42,101 nt of DNA from Octopus bimaculoides (lineage: Eukaryota), in NCBI RefSeq assembly GCF_001194135.2, contig NC_068985.1, positions 30,961,396 to 31,003,496 of the forward strand, read 5' to 3'. Shown here piece by piece: positions 37,208-42,101 of the stretch. Below the pieces are notes generated by a model. It was given only the letters and a program-made list of their open reading frames with translations, was not told the DNA's origin and ran no database searches. Position numbers and translations under genes: made by a program. The first letter of the stretch is position 1. Every line of letters begins with the position of its first letter.

Positions 37208-37794
37208 TATATATATATATATATATATATATANNNNNNNNNNNNNNNNNNNNNNNNNNNNNNNNNNNNNNNNNNNNNNNNNNNNNNNNNNNNNNNNNNN
37301 NNNNNNNNNNNNNNNNNNNNNNNNNNNNNNNNNNNNNNNNNNNNNNNNNNNNNNNNNNNNNNNNNNNNNNNNNNNNNNNNNNNNNNNNNNNNNNNNNNNN
37401 NNNNNNNNNNNNNNNNNNNNNNNNNNNNNNNNNNNNNNNNNNNNNNNNNNNNNNNNNNNNNNNNNNNNNNNNNNNNNNNNNNNNNNNNNNNNNNNNNNNN
37501 NNNNNNNNNNNNNNNNNNNNNNNNNNNNNNNNNNNNNNNNNNNNNNNNNNNNNNNNNNNNNNNNNNNNNNNNNNNNNNNNNNNNNNNNNNNNNNNNNNNN
37601 NNNNNNNNNNNNNNNNNNNNNNNNNNNNNNNNNNNNNNNNNNNNNNNNNNNNNNNNNNNNNNNNNNNNNNNNNNNNNNNNNNNNNNNNNNNNNNNNNNNN
37701 NNNNNNNNNNNNNNNNNNNNNNNNNNNNNNNNNNNNNNNNNTATATATATATACATGTATATATATGCACACATATATATATATATATATATTA

Positions 37795-40700
37795 ATTAAA
37801 CGTAAATTGAAAACAGAACACAAAGGATATCACGGTACACGTGTTTCAAACTTTATGCACAATCTGTCATTACATCAGTATACATTGTTGATATAAAGGA
37901 TGGTTTAAAGCTATCTTCAGCCGCAAAACATTGCTAGTCCCAAGATTACATCACAAAGGAAAAAGAAAAAGAAAGAGAAAAAGAAAAAGTCCACTTAGTA
38001 TTATCCATTATAATAGGTTTATCCTTTAAAAAGTTATATCTGCATAAATGTTGTACCACAATTCAGCATAGAGTGAATGTTAAATAGATTGGATTGTATT
38101 CAACCAGCGTGTATAAGATAGAAAGAGAAGATCAAAAATAAAAAATAAAGTAAAAGTTAAAAGAATAAAAAAATAAAATAAAATATTAAAGTAATAGAAG
38201 TCAAATGGAGAGTAATAAAAGTAAAAAAAGGATAATAAAGTTAGATACATATATAAATAAGATTTAGCAAAATTGGAAAAAAGAAATAAAAGAAATAAAA
38301 CCATAAAGTAGAATAGAGATAAAGAGATAAAATACTATAGAGTTGAGAACAGGATGTTGTCTTGGATGGATTGTAGTGGTCATAAATAATTTCTTAGCTA
38401 GACCACTGGTTGAAATATAGATTAAGGTTGTAATCTAATATCATTGCGATGAGTGGTCAGTTTACCCTAACACACCACTAAAAATTCCAAGCTTTATAAA
38501 CTTATCTATTGCATGGGTACATACAGTTACTTAGAAGATAAATAAATAATAATAGAAGGGGTAAAAAGTAAATTGAAAATGTAAAACATAAGATAAAAAA
38601 ATAAAATGAAAAGAAAATTAGGATTGAAGTTAAAATTAAAATTAAAAGTATGAAGAACAATTATAATAGTAATAATATAATAGTAATAATATAGTGATTG
38701 GAAAAATATTGTGATTGGAGAAATTTCAGGTCTATCTACTTGTGTAAATTATGTCATTGGGCAACTTCTACTATACTCCTATTTTAATTGTTTAGGAAGT
38801 GTTATACGAAATTAAAAGAGTCTAGGTTCCTATCCACTAATGATTACTAGTATAATATTGTTATAAACATAATTGAAGTTATTAGTGTTAGCTAATAGGA
38901 CCTATGTGTATTGTAGTGTTATTCGAAATTTTAGAGTCAGTGACTAAATTATTTAGATATTTTCTCTATAAATAAGACTAGAGACCTCGGATTATTAAAT
39001 GTGTGTACTATATGGGGTCAGAATCTAGCTAAGTGAAAGTAAACTGAATAAGTAAGTAGTTGGGGGTAAGCCCAGGAGTTGTTAATTCAATGCCTGAATA
39101 GTGGCAGGAGGGATCAGATGAGGGAATTTCCAATGAGAGAAGATCATGAAGGGATTAGAAATTAAAAATGGGGACTTAAGGCTTATAGTATTTAAAGGTT
39201 TTAATCAGTTTATGCATACAAGTTGGTTTGAATTCCGATCTTTTATTAACTAGCTTGTCCTTCTCAGGGAATCTAATGATTTTCAATAGTTCTAAGGAAC
39301 ATAACTGACAACCAGTTCTATTATTTTTATAAATCGCTGCCAATCCAACTATGGACCATCTAAGGTTAAAGTTAATATTTTCATCTTTAAGTTCCCATAT
39401 TCTACGTGATAATGAAGTGCTATTAGCCTTATGCTTGAGTCTAAATGATGACCTATGGTTATAGAACCTAGATTTCCAGGAGGATGATCAACCAAGGTAA
39501 GTGAGAGTATTTGCTTCCGTAATTATTTCACAAGAGTAGACTAGGTTCTTTGCTAGGCAGTTTCTATGTAAAGGACATGTTGTTTTTGTTGTTACACAAT
39601 TGCACCCAAATTTATGATTGCCAGGCCGTCTAATGCTTGCACGTGGAGGGTAACTGTTTATAGAATTGTTATCTTGGTTACTTCTAGGGTAATTAGAGTT
39701 TACGCCTACACTGTCGTTACTATTACTGTTATTACCTCTATTGGAGTTGTTCAAAGTTTCACTATCTCTATTCTTTCCGCCGTTAATACTGGTGCTAGAT
39801 CTATTAGCCTTATCAACATTATTATTAATTATATTGAAATTGTGACTAGTATAATTATTGCTGTAATTACTGTTTGAGGTGGAACTGGTTATTCTATTAG
39901 TAGTAGCAATATCGTTATTTAACACGAAAGTACTATAGGGTGTGCCACTATTCTGTGTTGGGTGTAGGTTTAGTGATTCATCTAGTGTACTGTGATTCGA
40001 TATTTGGATAGAGTTATTGGGCCTAATAATGTTGTTGTCATTACAATTACTATTATTACTACCATTATCAACAATGTTATTATTCTCAGGATTATCAATT
40101 TGGATACTATCATTATTAATTAGTTCCTGGATTTTGGGGGTTAGACTGATTATTATTGTTTGTTCTTAATCTAGGTTTTTTTTATTTTGGTTTTATTATG
40201 TTTAGATATAAGGCATTTCATATTGGGGAGAGTCAAATATGAGATTCTAATAGTTTTAGTGGAAAGAATACTGCTATATTTATGAGTAGGTGGAAAGTTA
40301 TTGGATATAATTGAAATTAATTTCTTGCATAATTTTCCTGTCACTGCTACATTATATGGTATGTTATACCATATATAGTTGCGTAATTTACAGTTCTTAT
40401 GTTTAGGAATTCTTTTATTGTTATTATTACTCCAATCGTTAGGGTTTTCTCTAACTGAACTATGATTGGTGTGATTTCTTTCTTTATGTTTTTTTATCTT
40501 AAGCCTATTTGTATTTATGCTGGTTGTATCTGTGCTTTTATTTTAGATTTTATTAGACTTATTTACTTTACCTCCGTTCAAAGAATCAACTCTAGAATTA
40601 CTAATTTGTTTATATGACTGAGCTTTACTAATGATTGATGCTTCAGGTGGTTTACAATTTAAGTTTTTAACAAAAGAGATTTTCTGGGAGTACCCAGCGT

Positions 40701-41745
40701 TAAAGAGGGCTTGATTATAATGATGAGCATGATCACTAAAAATATTTTCATTTGAGGATAACTTAGATAGTCTATCCGAAACAGCCTGGACTGTAGTATT
40801 AATTATACAGGGCGGGTGATTAGATAGTGTGCCAATATAACATGTGGTTTCTTCTGGCTTTCTGTAAGGGTAGTGAAGGCTTTTATCTATGTCTAATGTA
40901 GCATCTAAAAAAATAGCTATCTTAGTGTTGGTCATGAATTCAAGTTTCAGATTAAATGATTTTAAAAAATNNNNNNNNNNTGATGAGCATGATCACTAAA
41001 AATATTTTCATTTGAGGATAACTTAGATAGTCTATCCGAAACAGCCTGGACTGTAGTATTAATTATACAGGGCGGGTGATTAGATAGTGTGCCAATATAA
41101 CATGTGGTTTCTTCTGGCTTTCTGTAAGGGTAGTGAAGGCTTTTATCTATGTCTAATGTAGCATCTAAAAAAATAGCTATCTTAGTGTTGGTCATGAATT
41201 CAAGTTTCAGATTAAATGATTTTAAAAAATGTCTAATCTTTTTCCTAATTCTTTCGAGGGTACTTTTGCTATTGGTGGGGTATATGAATAGGGCGTCATC
41301 TCTGTTTAGACCCCACTGAAGGCTTGGTACCTCCGAGAATAGCCTCTTAAGTAGAAAGGCTCCGATTAACTCAGTTACCCGAGCTGAGTGGCTCGAGCCC
41401 ATAGCCACATCGAAGTTATCAGGGCTATCTGACCTAGTCCAAAGCTTAACCTCAAATTCAATTATTGTCTTCCTAGCTAAGAGTAAGTGAAAGGTTATGA
41501 GCATAAATTAGGGACTTATTCAATAAGATTGGAGAAATACTTGCGTAGTAATTCAATATGTCGAATTATATAAATGAATAATTGTTCCTACAAGTAATGG
41601 AGTTGAACCAGTTCCAAGCATCCTCAATGTTAACCCATATGTTGAGTGGAATGTGAGGTTTAATCCAGGGAATTACTGAGTCTAGAATGGTCTTACTAAG
41701 TCTGCCTATATCCGACTTGGTTGGGCATATTAGCATAGAAATACC
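37795..41745 (-). mobile_element. Penelope-like element (RT then C-terminal GIY-YIG, CxC linker; possibly Nematis-like), long 3' region, inactive copy
   Basis: RT: LICPTKSDIGRLSKTILD..FDI..Y.SIS...FDVAMGSSHSARVTELIG...GLNRDD...FLDATLD..PYRKP..SNHPP; then RNYIWYNIPY..FPPTHKY..ISYLTLPN; CNC..CPLHRNC; LVY..YLG*..SRFYNHRSSF..LS..IWELK..CQLC..E..NKRSE. 5' end cut by an RTE insertion. The low-coordinate boundary is inferred. Confidence 0.88.
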
Positions 41746-41747
41746 TT

Positions 41748-42101
41748 CAGGAGAAATACCTAGCCAAGGATAAACCTCTGTACCTGGCTTTCGTTGACAT
41801 GGAGAAAGCCTTTGACAGGGTCCCCCGATCTCTCATCTGGTGGTCAATGAGGAAACTAGGGATAGAAGAATGGTTAGTGAGAGCTGTGCGAGCCATGTAC
41901 AGAGACGCTGTCAGTAAGGTGAAGGTTGGCAATGAGTACAGTGAAGAATTCCGGGTGGAGGTAGGGGTCCACCAAGGTTCTGTCCTCAGCCCCCTCCTAT
42001 TTATCATAGTCCTCCAGGCTATAACAGAGGAATTCAAGACAGGATGCCCCTGAGAGCTCCTCTATGCTGATGACCTTGCACTAATTGCTGAGTCACTATC
42101 A
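41748..42101 (+). mobile_element. RTE LINE RT fragment (continues beyond the window)
   Basis: EKYLAKDKPLYLAFVDMEKAFDRVP...GVHQGSVLSPLLF...P*ELLYADD; same family as 35505-37207. Confidence 0.93.

Noticed and set aside
34427-37896. Long ORFs made of CV/HT/YI repeats and X runs (also 1955-2257, 4030-4428, 16529-16864, 23244-23576)
   Set aside because: Translations of microsatellites and N-gaps.
39085-39160. ATGA...AA...GA pattern downstream of the PLE ORF as a possible SECIS
   Set aside because: Both would-be helix II strands are pyrimidine-rich and cannot pair.
40721-41230. Exact 250-bp direct duplication (40721-40970 = 40981-41230) in the PLE RT
   Set aside because: The copies are identical and separated by a 10-N gap, the signature of overlapping contig ends. 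Assembly artefact, which also makes ORFs 40543-40935 and 40962-41504 overlap in sequence.

Overview
AT-rich, microsatellite- and transposon-dense animal genomic DNA with eight N-gaps. The repeat repertoire (tRNA-type SINEs, RTE LINEs with (GAT)n tails, Penelope-like elements) suggests an octopus/cephalopod genome; that is inference from recall, not proven. Only one host gene is supportable: the last five coding exons (547-712, 3960-4066, 5530-5713, 6285-6488, 8004-8068, + strand, all splice phases compatible) of a SORL1/SorLA/LR11 orthologue, encoding FN3 repeats, a TM helix and the tail ...YASSHY...GEDEDSPMITGFSDDEPLVIA*. The remaining ~34 kb is largely a nested graveyard of mobile elements: RTE LINE pieces, three Penelope-like elements (PLEs) of at least two types, mariner relics and MITEs, an internally deleted Ty3/Gypsy, a FLYWCH/MULE fragment, hAT- and piggyBac-like MITEs, SINEs and long fold-back palindromes. 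I found no convincing new multi-gene system. The best leads are a PLE with a ~190-aa Asn-rich RT-endonuclease linker and an in-frame TGA in its GIY-YIG motif, two minimal hammerhead-ribozyme-like motifs, a 276-bp near-perfect hairpin in a SORL1 intron and an orphan exon-like ORF. All alignments were done by eye and element boundaries are approximate.
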